A DNA stretch of 61,428 bases, counting the filler, from Platydemus manokwari (taxonomy: Eukaryota): assembly GCA_037951405.1 (NCBI GenBank). It is 4 parts of 4 records of this genome, joined end to end, with 100 filler letters (N's around TTAATTAATTAA, not from the genome) between each part and the next. Parts side by side here need not be neighbours in the genome. Positions count along the whole stretch, not along the records: positions 33,729 to 51,186 come from JBBMOY011055522.1; positions 51,287 to 61,428 come from JBBMOY011146438.1; 2 more parts are not named here. The stretch is one strand, 5' to 3'. Below are positions 41,861 through 54,097 of this stretch, piece after piece. A program made the position numbers and the translations under genes. Under the pieces are notes generated by a model. The model had not been told where the DNA came from. It worked only from the letters and a program-made list of their open reading frames with translations, and did not search any database. Within the stretch, counting starts at the first letter, position 1. Each line of letters opens with the position of its first letter.

Positions 41861-42299
41861 AATCTGCTAAAAATTAGGTAAAATTAAAAGTTAAAGAAAT
41901 GCTCAAACTATTCCAGTTATGACTAAAAAATATCTAAGTATTAATGAAAATGTTTCCACTAAAGCACAAAACTAACGTGTTTTCAACTCAATAACGATTC
42001 TTAACTCAGTAAAACAAATGCCTATCTCAAATAATAAGACTCTCGAGAACTTCGAGAACTAAAGTTAATCGAGACTCGAAAAAGTGCAATTCAAAAAAAA
42101 TTATTTCAGTGGTTAACCCAAAACATACTTAAATTCAAAGAACTCTAAATTAATTCAATAGATTAAATAATTATAACAAATGATATCAATAAATCAAATA
42201 ATTTATTGAAATAAATTCATATAATCGATAAAAATCATTTTGAAATTAATGCATAATTAGCGAAAATACTTAACTCAACGAAATAACCAAAAAGTAACA

Positions 42300-42800
42300 A
42301 ATTTGTTTATTTAACAAATAATAAACAATAAAAATATAAATACAAAATATGTAAATACAAATAGTCACGACAATTTACAAGTCGCAACGACAATTTGCCC
42401 AGTTATCATGGCAACTGGATAAGGAAAGTAAGTAAACAGCCAATCAGAGGTAAACACAAACATAAAAAATAGTATAAAAAGCAGAAAGAATTGGCAATAC
42501 CGCAGAAAAACTTTGGGCAACTAATCACATTTCAGATTTAATTATTTTTGTTTATATATAACGCGAATTAACACACGCAACCTACGCTTTGGCACTGTGA
42601 CGCGTCAGATATTGTTCAAATTAGCTAACAATATATCAACCCTTACAGCTAATAATTTATCACAGACATCATCAAATTCCAGCATATCAACGAAAATATG
42701 CATTCATTTGACCCAAACAGCGATCAAGATTGAAGGAGAAAATGAACAATTCGAGTATGAGGACAGTCGACATCGACCAGAATGATTAAGAGCAGTGAAT
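42300..42800 (+). mobile_element. Possible LTR remnant between the cob-like pieces
   Basis: AGCCAATCAG box (~42438), TATAAAAAG (~42473) and PBS-like TGGCACTGTGAC (~42590); palindromic CCAGTTATCATGGCAACTGG at 42399-42418. Confidence 0.3.
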
Positions 42801-43189
42801 GAATTCCCTAGAATCACACAGTGATTGGCAAGAAAAGGATACCACTAATGGAGGAGTTAGAACCTGTTAAACCCATCTAAAATTGAACTCACACCAGTAT
42901 TGTATATCGGAAAAAATGCAGGAATGTCTTGATATAAATGTATAAAGTATACAAAATGAAATTCTATCTTAATAATTATTCAAATAAAGATAAAATAATA
43001 TATAGTCGAAAAATAAATTAACCCCATCTGAAATAAATATAATAAATTATGAACAACAATAACGAGAATAAGTACCGACAATTTACCAAATTAATCGATA
43101 GTAAAATTTTATATCCCAACTGAAATAAAAGCCATTATCGATAAACCGTCATAAAATATTTAAGACATTAATGTCCATATAAAATATTC

Positions 43190-43500
43190 GTTTATTTTTA
43201 GCAAAATAAAATTATCAATTAATCCATGAGGAATTCGAAATAATAAAACCTAAAAATAGATTGATAAAAACTAAAAATAGTAGCCAATTAATAAAAGATA
43301 ACCCTTAATTTTAGGAAATCATGAACTAATAATTATTTTTCATATAACATCTGAGGGATTTATGTTACCTATAAATATGATCGTAAAACACAGACCTAGG
43401 CCTATAATACTGAAACCACCAATAAACCACGAATAAATTCACCGGCATAAATTCAATATTCTGAAAATGATGATTTAATCCCTGCAATTAAATTCATCGC
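43190..43500 (-). pseudogene. cob middle-part-like fragment
   Basis: WFIGGFSI (cf. WIWGGFSV), GNINPS (cf. GSNNPT), PHGLIDNF (cf. PNLLGDPDNF) in the right order, with stops and a deletion. Confidence 0.45.
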
Positions 43501-46500
43501 ATAAAACATGAAGAAAAGAAGCACATGTCGACTAAAAATGAAATTCAGAGGATAAAATAAATAATAACCCGGATTATAGCAGTCAGAACAGCAGGAAAGC
43601 ACAGCCAAAGAGTGTTGAAGGCCAACAATTTTCAGAAATCACTAGCTGTTAGAAGAATTAACCAAAGTAATTGTCTGTTGAAGTTATCTGAAATTAGAAT
43701 CACCAATTCAAGTATATATCCCCGTTTGTACTGGATGTGAGCAACAGAGTTATCTATCATACTTAATCGAAGGAATCACTTGATTTATAAAATATCCTCC
43801 TATATCATATTGTTGGGTATGGCCCTATAATAAAGAAATAGTTATGATTAATAAATAGAGACAAATTAATTTTAAAAATACCGAAAATAGCTATTAAACA
43901 ATAAAGAAGACAAAAATAACAACAATAAAATCCTAAAAAAATCCCAGAATAATAAAAATCATAAATAACTAATATATAAACGGCAACACATTCATAAAAT
44001 TGGCCCGAAAATTATAACGTGCAAAATATCGGAACATTATTTGAGAAAACTCTATAAGTTATCTGGGAAACATCACATTTTAAGCTAGCGTTCTATCTTA
44101 TTCGGCGAATCGATTTTGAAATTTCAAAGCTGTTAAACAATTTTGATTGAAAATCGCAATTTCGTTTCAAAGTTGTAGAAAAAACGATTGAAAATCACAA
44201 TTGTATGGATTATCAGTGAGGTGTAAAACTAATGTTGAATTAGACTCAATCGATAAAAAACTATACAAAGAACCATTGGACATACAGACGACCCGAAGAA
44301 GCCACCAAGAAGCTAGAAACTATTTACTAGGAAAAATTCTTCTCTAAAGAAAGGAAATATCGAATAGCATCTGAGTCAAATATATATATAGGCTCCTGGA
44401 AGAAACCCACATAAATTTATATCAACGTGAAACCGAGTCAACTATATTTTATATATTTCGGCTCCTTGAAGAGATCTTAATATTATTCAATTGGAAAAGA
44501 ATAGTAAGAATAGTCATTAGTTGTTGATAATATTTAAAGGCTAAATTACTTATTTACAGTAACCTTTTAAAATTTACCATTATCCGAATAATCCTGTTAT
44601 AAAATCCTTGATATTATCGAAATTATTCCCTTATATAATTTTAGATGTTAGTGCTCATAAAATCTATTGACATACAGAAATATTTCTATATTGAACCCAA
44701 TTCAACTAGAGACGAAAATTAAAAACTAAACTCTAAAAATCATATTACAAATCAATTCCAGTGGTTACGGTACCATTAGATCTAACCAATAATAAAATAA
44801 TTGGGAGGAATCTTATTGTCATAGCCATAAGAACTTGAATAAATTGCCACTCTATCCTAATAGAGTCAAACAATAGAAAATTAACCACTATAATCGCCTG
44901 GTTATTTGTTCAAATTATTGATTCATTGATCATTTATTGAGAGATTGTGTAACTTGTTATTAAAATTATATTTATTCCATTGTTATTTATTAGTTCAATC
45001 AGTATCGCTTATAATTTTATTTACATACAGCTTTTGGAATTGGGTGTACTATAACTAAATAAATCAATAAAGGCTCAGTTATGATGGGTTGTGACATTAA
45101 AGCAATTATCTTTAAATTATCTAGTTACAAAATTAATATCAAAATCTTAACTTGGATATCTTTTTATAAATTTTATTACAGTAACTATCAACCAACTTTA
45201 AAACTCCAACAAATTATAAAACGTGTTCGATCGCGTCTCAATAATATGAAATAGCAAGTGATTCAAAACATCTTTGTGAATTAGAGCTTAAAATTAGCGA
45301 AACAATATTCTTTGGCTACCATTTTATCATTTTTATCGATTCAATAGATTGTCATGATTACAGAAATATCTCGGTGTATTTAGATTTCATTAAACTGCAA
45401 TAATTCTCATAAATTTTTTAATATTTCATAATAATGACATCATCAGCTCATTTCATTATCCTACAATATCATTTCATCTCACTAATCGTTATTAGTGATA
45501 TCCAATCTTGTTATCATTTGTTAGTGCATGAAGCGATTAATTGAGTTTGTGTGCCCGAATACATATATTGTAACAGCTTAAGTCTTCGCAGAAGTGTCCG
45601 AATGCAAGGCGAATAAACCACTTTTGAGACTGATAAGACGTGGATAGTGATAGTCATTGAATTTGGAACATTTTCGAGAATGATAAATAATTTCAATCCC
45701 AAAAATCAATAACACTCAAAAACGACACATTTTCAAAAACAAAGAGGGAATATTGATTTTTAAAAAATAAAAATAATTAAAAAATTGTTAAGAAAAAACC
45801 AAGAACTGGTAAAATATTAACATCAAGATTTATGAAACACAAAGATAGATGAAATACTTTTACGTAAAACCATAACTTCAAGACGATCTCTTTTTAATGC
45901 AACTTTATTTTATCGAAATCTTTTAGCAGAAAATATTAGTTTGTATATTGAAATTTAATTTTAAAAAAATCTTTAAAATTTAATTTTTTAAGTGAAAATA
46001 AATTTGAAAAATTCGAGATAATCAAAATAATTTAAAATATTTATGTGATAATTGGAGAAGTATTTTAGGTGAAAAATTTTATTACAACAACAATTATCAT
46101 CAATTAAAATTAAGATTTGTACCAATCCATTAAAAAAATTAAATAACTTTTTAATTTAATTGAAAAAATAAATTTTAAAATAAAATTTTAAATATTTCAA
46201 ATATATTTAATTTTAGAAATACCCGAAATTACTGTTTCATTATATTTATAAAAGGATAAAGAGTCTCTGAGAGATGGTAAAAATGCCATTTTATAAAGAA
46301 ATGGTTAGAGAAGTAGCAATTGAGTCATTCAAAAAATCATGTGATCAATGAACACCCACCTTTATCAAATAATTGATGAAAAGTGATTTTTAAATAACTA
46401 TTGTGGCAAATACCGGCATGTGCAGGGCATCGTGCATACAACAGGCAATTATACATACAAAGAAGGTTGGGCAGCGAAAGTCATAAAAAAGTAATAAAAC

Positions 46501-47572
46501 AATTCACAATTCATCGATCAAGGAATTTAACATGACAGTAAAAAAAAGGGTAGCGATATATTTTTTTTGTTAATTCTAAAGGTCATGGCAATGTTGATTT
46601 TATTACAGACCCGGATCAACTCAACAATCTTCAACTCAATCTTCAGTAATATCTTCTCAACAGCAATTAATGGGATCATTTCAGTCCTTATCTTCAACCT
46701 ACCTGAAGATAAGAAACAAATCCCAACAATTGGATTTGTAAAATAATTTTAAAATTCAATAGGAAAAAAGAAACCTATAAACAAAAATGATTTTTCAGAA
46801 TCAGTCATAGAAATTATTATAAAAGGAACGGAAAAATCATAAAATTCGCTCACACAAAAAGATTCTTACTAGCAGCTTTTGCTTAGGAAATAAGTGAAAC
46901 TTTAGAACGTTCTTTTTGAAAAAACAAAAAATAATAGGACGAAAATAAAAACAAAGATGCGGATTATCAAAAATGGGGAAAAGATTTAAAACGGCCGCCC
47001 ATATCATTATATGCAGAAGGTTGGGTATCTGAGCCTTCCCTTGTTGAATATTGTTATTAAACTGCGTGATTGCATAACTTTAAAATATTATTTGATTGGA
47101 TAATTAAGTTTGATTGCGGAATCGAGAGCAAAAGAGATTTGTAATATTTTTATGATAAAGAAACATGGTATATTTGTAGCTTTGTGATAAAGACATACAT
47201 TTTATTGTCACATTCTTTGTGTTAATTTATTTCTGATTATAATTTTTAAGAGCACGCACCAACCGGGTTGATATTACACTTCAACCCCTACTATCGAACT
47301 CACATACATAATTAATAGATAATAACCCCAACAATTTTAATTCTATATGCACAAAATACCTGCCCGCGCGAGAGTTGTTTTCTTTTTACAATTATGATAA
47401 AATTTGTACCATCATGTTGGGCACATTTTCATTCTCTTAGAATTAAAAATCATCACAACCACTTTTGAATTACAACAATTTAAAAAAAAATTTAAAAAAA
47501 CTTAAAAAATAAAAATAAATTTGTGATAAATTTTATTACTCGAAATACAGAAAAATATATCTTTTGAAAAAT

Positions 47573-50017
47573 CTACGAATTATTTATTCGAACTAGGTTC
47601 TTTCGTTTAATTATCAATGAACACTTTGGACAACGTTTCGTTGCATTCTCACCGTCGATAATTCTTTTCCAACATTCAAAGCAGCAAATGTGCTTACAAG
47701 GAGCCCCTAAAGGATTTTTAGCAGGTGAGGCGAAACAACACACGCAATCCAATGTTTTATTGGAAATTGTCGATTCGCTTGAATTAAGACTATTTTCTTT
47801 GTCGGGACAAGGTTCCAAACCAAGAACCGATTTACAGAGTTCATAAAAACGTGCTTGAAATTCTGGTCGAATTAATTTACCGAAATCTTAATTTGACCAA
47901 TCAAGATAAAGTGGTTAAATACAAAGAATTTATATACCAACGACAAGACCTGGTCGATCTTTTTCACATAAAAGCGAATTAAGGCTAGAAAACAAGGCAT
48001 CGACATTATTATTTTCCCTGAAATTATTAACTGCAATTTTGAAGCTCTGTGCTCCTATTGGATCGTCAGCAAATAAGTGTTTTATGATTTTCGAATATTC
48101 GTTAAAGTTTGCAGTCGATTCTGATGCTATGAAAAATGATATTTAATCCAAACAAGCATGTGATATTGATTTTTCTAAGCAATGTATTTGTGAAGAGATT
48201 TTTGTTTTGTTAAAGTATAGAAATAATATTAAAATATTTTGTTTCAGAATAAAATGAGTAAAAAAACAAATCCATTTATAGAATTCAAATTATAAAATTC
48301 AATTTTATATTGTCGATATAGAAAATCAATAAAAATATTTATAAAATTATATATTAGTGAATCGAATTTAGAGATTAATAATTTTCCTGCTTGCTCCTAC
48401 TTCTCATATCGTCATAACTCACGATATTTATTTTATGTAAAACATTTCCATTTTAATATTGATTTGTTTTTAAAATATCATTTATACCAATCAATAAATC
48501 ATTTTTAATAAATCAATGACAAACAAAATTACTTTTTTTATCCACCAGTTTGTATTTCTTAACTTTTCTGAATACCTTTTCTGGACTTTTATCACTATTT
48601 ACATCAATAAATGATCGTTTTCGACAAACTGGTTCGTCGGGAGTTATCTTTTCGGCTTTATTTAAAATATCCATCAACGATGTACTTTCGTCAGATGTTT
48701 TCCTTGATGGACAATTTTCATCGGAATATAACGAATAGATATCGAATTTCTTTTCCGTTAATGCTGCAGAATTATTTTTCAAACTGGAACAGAAAGACAT
48801 AACCTAAAGGAACAATGTTTTCTATGTTTAATTTGTTTCAAATGTGAGAGAGAGAACAATAAAAATTGAACTCCATTTTGATGAATAAAAATATATTCAA
48901 TATCGTTAAAACATTTAAAAAATTCAGTCATTCATATTCAATGCTATTTTAAAAAATACCCAATGAAACAAATCGCATAGTAAAATCAATTAAATTCAAT
49001 ACAATTAGTAAAAATCGATAATCAATAAAAATTAATTAATATCTATATTCTATTAGGTTTGATAAAATTATTTTATAATAAATCAATGTTTTATAATAAA
49101 TCAATATTTATAATAAATCAATATTTTATAATAAATCAATATTTATAATAAATCAATATTTATAATAAACCTTTATTTTATAATAAATTAATCGATATAT
49201 AATTTTAAATAAAAAATCAATAATTAATTAAGATATTTAAAATACAAATGAAATGACAAAGAATCCAAAACTGGGGCTCAGAAAAGATTTACCTCAGCTG
49301 AGAATGGAATATCATAATTTGGTTTGAAAGTTTTCTTTTGTGATTTTTTAACATAATTTTCTTTAATATTTTCTGATAAATCGATATGTTTTGGAATGAC
49401 TTCATTGCGATTCAATGTTGGTGGGGGATATTTAATAGCTACATTTCGGAAGAATTTTGTGGTATTTTGAATGACTTCGGTGAAGTTGGAGAAGACGGAT
49501 ATATTGGGTTGAATCCACAATGGTAACTGGGATTTCGAATCCGATGTGGCAAACCTCTCATCACACAGATAGACTGCACCATAATCACGATTGTGTCGAA
49601 TAACTCTACCAATCGATTGATTTACAGCACGATATGCTTGTTGTTTATACCAACTCCGACCACTGAGTCCAATTTTAAGAAGAGTCAACCGTTCGTCGAG
49701 AAAAGACATTTTCAGACGAATTCTCGGATCCAACATAGCAGGATAAGGCAAACCCACCAATATTACACCACGACCTTGATGATCAGATAAATCCAGACCT
49801 TCACTTACTTTACCTCTGGCAACTGCTAATAAAATAGCGCCGCTACAACTTGTCGGATCGGAATTCTTCTTATGAAATTGTTCCATAGCCTTTCGACAAA
49901 ACATTTAATTTCATCAATGATAGCCAATAAATATATACCATTGAAAATTTGACTTTATCTTGAGGTTCCATAATCAATTGCTTGTATTGCATAATGGAAT
50001 TATATATCATGCAACCC
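47573..50017 (-). CDS. RTEL1: Regulator of telomere elongation helicase 1, 3' portion. Exons ~49940-50017, 49292-49888, 48533-48803, 47938-48127, 47573-47887; 5' part cut by the gap
   Basis: GAILLAVARGKVSEGLD.SD..GRGVI.VGLPYP, WY.QQAYRAVNQSIGRVIRH..DYGA..LCDERF, LP.W (XPD-family helicase C-terminus). Spliced harmonin-N-like domain (Y...IK..F.....F..A...F.....D.L...L..L.......L...FG.LIRP..Q.RF...C) and KKYKLV motif favour RTEL1 over XPD/FANCJ/DDX11. Terminal RING. Confidence 0.9.
49070..49190. repeat. Tandem 17-18-bp minisatellite (TTTATAATAAATCAATA)n in an RTEL1 intron
   Basis: About six head-to-tail copies with no spacers. Confidence 0.85.
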
Positions 50018-50859
50018 TATATAAATGACTGATCGATCAATATCGTATGGAAGATACAAATATAAATTCAATTATGTCACTTTATTTTTAAATTAAATTT
50101 AAATAATTCCACAAAGTGATAATAATGATGATAATAATAATTAAGATTATATCAATAATGATGATAATAATAATGATATCGATAATGATAATAAAAATGA
50201 TAATAATAATATTGATAATAATAATGAAATACTGAATAAATTTCAACAAAAAATAAATCAATTGAAAAAGCAATATTAAATAAAATAAATGACCTAAATT
50301 AAGAAAATTGATCATTTGACCTCATTTTAATGTGATGATTCTAAGGTGTATTATTTAATTTGATAATTTATTTATAATGATATCTTTTAAAATTCAATTT
50401 TAGTTTAAATGGAATAAAAGAGCTAAATTCTCCAACCGAAAAACAACAGTCACAGTTTTTGCCGATTTCACGTTTTAAGTATCAATATCTCGATTATCTG
50501 AATTCGCAAAGCACTTACAATGATTCACAGTGCTATGTTGATAATCTATGTTTGGAAGGCATCTATAAAACCCTCAATAAAACCTCAAAGTGATTCATCC
50601 GGCTTCATCTATCATCAATTAAATATGAAGTAATTCTTTAATTGTTAATTCTTATATTTATCCTGCAAGATTTTCCTCTGGGATTGTCACAAAAAGAGAA
50701 GACATCAAGAAATCGTCAAATTTTATATAATATCGATTTCTTAAAATATTTAGTTTTATTTCTGATGTTTTTTATCATTTTGTGAAAATTGATTTATTTA
50801 CATAATTCAATCGATAGTTCACATTTTATGATGTCGAATAGGAATTCAATGGAATCGTT

Positions 50860-51186
50860 AAACCAAGTTCCTATTTGAATTTTCAAATTTAAATATTTTC
50901 AATTATAAATCGAGTTAGTTAACTCCTGACATTTTTAATAATATTATTGATTATTTTTATAAAATAATTGCAAAAATCATTTTGAATTTTTTATTTAACC
51001 GATTAAGAAAAATTTTAGTTTGAAATCAAATATTAAATACACTGGAGTTTGAAAATCTAATAAAAATTGATTTTTTGAAAAAATGAAGAAAGTAGGTCGA
51101 ATTGCAATTTATTGATAATTAACGAGGACCCTTTTTAATATTAGAAGCAAATTGAGAAATCACACAATTTTTACAATTATTTTATA
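50860..51186. repeat. Family A fragments in opposite orientations (50860-50980 minus, 51015-51186 plus)
   Basis: AATTATAAATCGAGTTAGTTAA is the reverse complement of part of copy 1; TTTGAAATCAAATATTAAATA...GAGGACCCTTTT matches it directly. Confidence 0.75.
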
Positions 51187-51286
51187 NNNNNNNNNNNNNN
51201 NNNNNNNNNNNNNNNNNNNNNNNNNNNNNNTTAATTAATTAANNNNNNNNNNNNNNNNNNNNNNNNNNNNNNNNNNNNNNNNNNNN
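51187..51286. other. Artificial contig linker
   Basis: N44-TTAATTAATTAA-N44. Confidence 0.97.
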
Positions 51287-51433
51287 GATGGAATCAGGAA
51301 ATTACCTGAAAGATGGACAAATGTTATAGCTTCTGATGGAGAATACTTTGATTAATGTTACTAAGCAAAATGTACTTTAAATAAATAAATATTTTTCAAA
51401 AAAAACCGAAATTTTAAGGTTATACACCTAATA
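51287..51433 (+). mobile_element. Mariner transposon 3' end (transposase C-terminus plus TIR)
   Basis: DGIRKLPERWTNVIASDGEYFD* (51287-51355) is the canonical mariner C-terminus; ends ...TATACACCTAA-TA. Confidence 0.92.
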
Positions 51434-51703
51434 ATAAATGATTGAAAGACAAAAACTAAAATTTCTATGCCATATTTTGTTACACAATTAATTAAATATA
51501 TAATTAAAGAAATTAATTCTCCAAATATCAATTTTTCCCCAAGTTTAATTTTGTAAATTTGTTTGGGCAAATTTTTGATATGCTATTGACAAGCTTTATT
51601 AGCAAAATTAACAAAAATTCCATCGAAAAAAATCAATTATTTTTCTCAATCAAAATGTACATATATATGGGTATAAAATCAGTTTGACTTTCTACTTCAT
51701 TCG

Positions 51704-51717
51704 GTTGTCATGACAAC
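51704..51717. promoter_or_regulatory. Perfect palindromic RFX X-box
   Basis: GTTGTCATGACAAC fits GTTGYCATGRCAAC, ~70 nt upstream of an ATG-open segment that ends in a GTAAGC donor (51788-51846). Confidence 0.4.
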
Positions 51718-53240
51718 GATAACGCGCTTCTTTGAATCGGTGTTTTTATATTATCTCATTAAAAAAAATCTAGAAATCCAATGATTTATGGAAATGTTCA
51801 CTGACTTTGATTTCCGAATAATACAATACCAATCAATTATGGACATGTAAGCAGTATCTTTTTTTAAAGCAGAGCATTTCTGAAAAAACTAGTTGTAGGA
51901 TATTGTAAAAAAATTTCGGTCATTTGTTATGCATTGAATAAAATAATCTGGGTCTAATTGGGTTTATTTATATCGTACGTTTATTATCATTTGAACAAAT
52001 CAAGTGCGTGACGATAAAATGAGAAAAAAAAACCGTGGACTGTTAATATGGAAATATATTTATTATTGTCTACAAAATGAAACAATTTAATCGAAGTCTA
52101 GAAAATTTGCTCAACAAAATAATTCCCGACGATTCACCAGATGTGAAACGACAATTGTGATTGGTCAATAATTTTGAACTTTAAATATCAGACTCTTTCA
52201 TACTCTACGAGGAATTTTTACTTCCTTCATTTTGCAATATTTCGTTGGATTCTATATGGTAAATCAAGAGCGATGTGTCTAGGAATCACCTGCTTAATAA
52301 TTGATACAAATAAATTCTCCGATTTCCATGGAAAAACGGTCACAAACTTCAATAAAAAACATCAATCACAGTGACAGATAAAAACATATTCTAATTTGTT
52401 ATCAAAATGTCAGTCTGGCATTTATCATGTTTTAAAAATCCAGCCAGAGGTGGCCGATTAAAATTTTAAGTTTTGATAATATATTGGTATATAATTTCCT
52501 ATCTACGAATCTTCTGCACACAGTGTAGAACGGCGTAAAACTGTTACAGCATATTGAAATGAATTGCGTTGAAATTTTAACTATGAGATTCTAATTTCTC
52601 CACAAATTATTCGATAATCGATCGATATGGATGAATATGAGAGTTTAAATGAAAATGCCATCCAATGAATCTCACGAAGATTAGAAAAATGACAAATGAC
52701 GATAGCGTCTAATTGCGGATTTCAGGAAAATGTTGATGTGGACAAAAATCCATTCCAACAAATACAAGCCTATAAATGAGATAGACTCATTTGATAGTCA
52801 TTTTTGTAATAATTAAACCAATATCATTTGCACTAATTGACTCGTTTTTACCCACACTTGAAGAGATAAAAGAAAAAAAATTAACATGGTCATTAAAATA
52901 TTATTAAGTAATACCAATAACATAATTTATTATTGGTTTTAATAAGGAAAATCAATAAAGAAATAAATGATATTAAATTTAATAAAACAAAACAGTGGTT
53001 TTCAGCAGAGGATACACTCGACCTGGAAGTACCGTCATTATAGACAAAGAAAACCAACTGTGCTCAACTCATTTCCAGCTAAACAAAAGAACTAAATGTG
53101 CGCTACATCTTCAACAGATTTTCTGCATGATTACATTCTTTACTATTTTCCTTCAAAAACAATTTTCAGTTGCTTGTCTTAAGTCGATAGAAATGGATAA
53201 CTAAACGAAAACTGGAAAGGGCATTATTATTCGGGCTCTT

Positions 53241-54097
53241 GCCATACATCGTCTCTAGCGCGTATTTGCATTTTTACAAAAACACTTGCTATATTTATCT
53301 CTTTGGTAACCGTCCAAAAAAGGGAACAATAAGCGACATTCATAAATTTGTAGTTGGTTAGACTGTGCCATAAATTTTATTGGAATTTGAAAATTATTAT
53401 TCGCGTTACTGCCATACATCGGCTCTAGCACGTACACGCATTTTAACAACAACACTTCGTTATATTTATCGATTCTTTAAAAGAAATAAAGGAAAAGTTA
53501 ACAATTTCAATTTTTCAACATATTTACGAGTATCATTCACATAGAATTTCGAGAACTAGATGAGTGGTATGGGATTCCGAGACAAACCGGGTATTCGTAA
53601 AGGGTTCCATGGCCACAAAAAGTTAGAAAGGCACTTTAATAAAGATTAGTACCCATTTTTTGAATGATTAACTACAAATTATTTGAATATAACAGTCAAT
53701 TTAATCATTATATTAAGAGCTCATTCTGAAAACTCCTATCATATTTAGATTTCACTTCTATAACAGGGCGGTGGAGAAATTTTTGGAAAATATCATTTAT
53801 TATTATTATTTATAAAAAAGATAATCATTTCATAAATATTATCGGTAGCATTGATTTGCTTTGATTTGGGTGTACGTTTTAGAGCTAATAATTTATCTGA
53901 TTTAAAGACACGCGAGATATCAAAGAGAAATTTTAAGAAACATAAATCTAAGTAAAAATAAAAATCATAAATATAAATACATATAAATAAATATTATAAA
54001 TCTCTTTGGTAACCGTCCAAAAAAAGGAGCAATAAACGACATTCATAAATTTTTAGTTGGTTAGATTATGCCATAAATTTTATTGGAATTTGAAAAT
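53241..54097 (+). repeat. Local interleaved direct duplications
   Basis: 53241-53298 ~ 53411-53470 (GCCATACATCG.CTCTAGC.CGTA...) and 53296-53395 ~ 54000-54097 (ATCTCTTTGGTAACCGTCCAAAAAA...). Confidence 0.85.

Noticed and set aside
49070-49190. CRISPR-like array
   Set aside because: Head-to-tail AT-rich minisatellite without spacers, inside a eukaryotic intron; no cas genes.
50088-50315. Ile-rich membrane-protein ORF (also 55851-56039, 1158-1412, 36731-36922)
   Set aside because: Translations of ATT/AAT low-complexity tracts or antisense of A-rich gag sequence.
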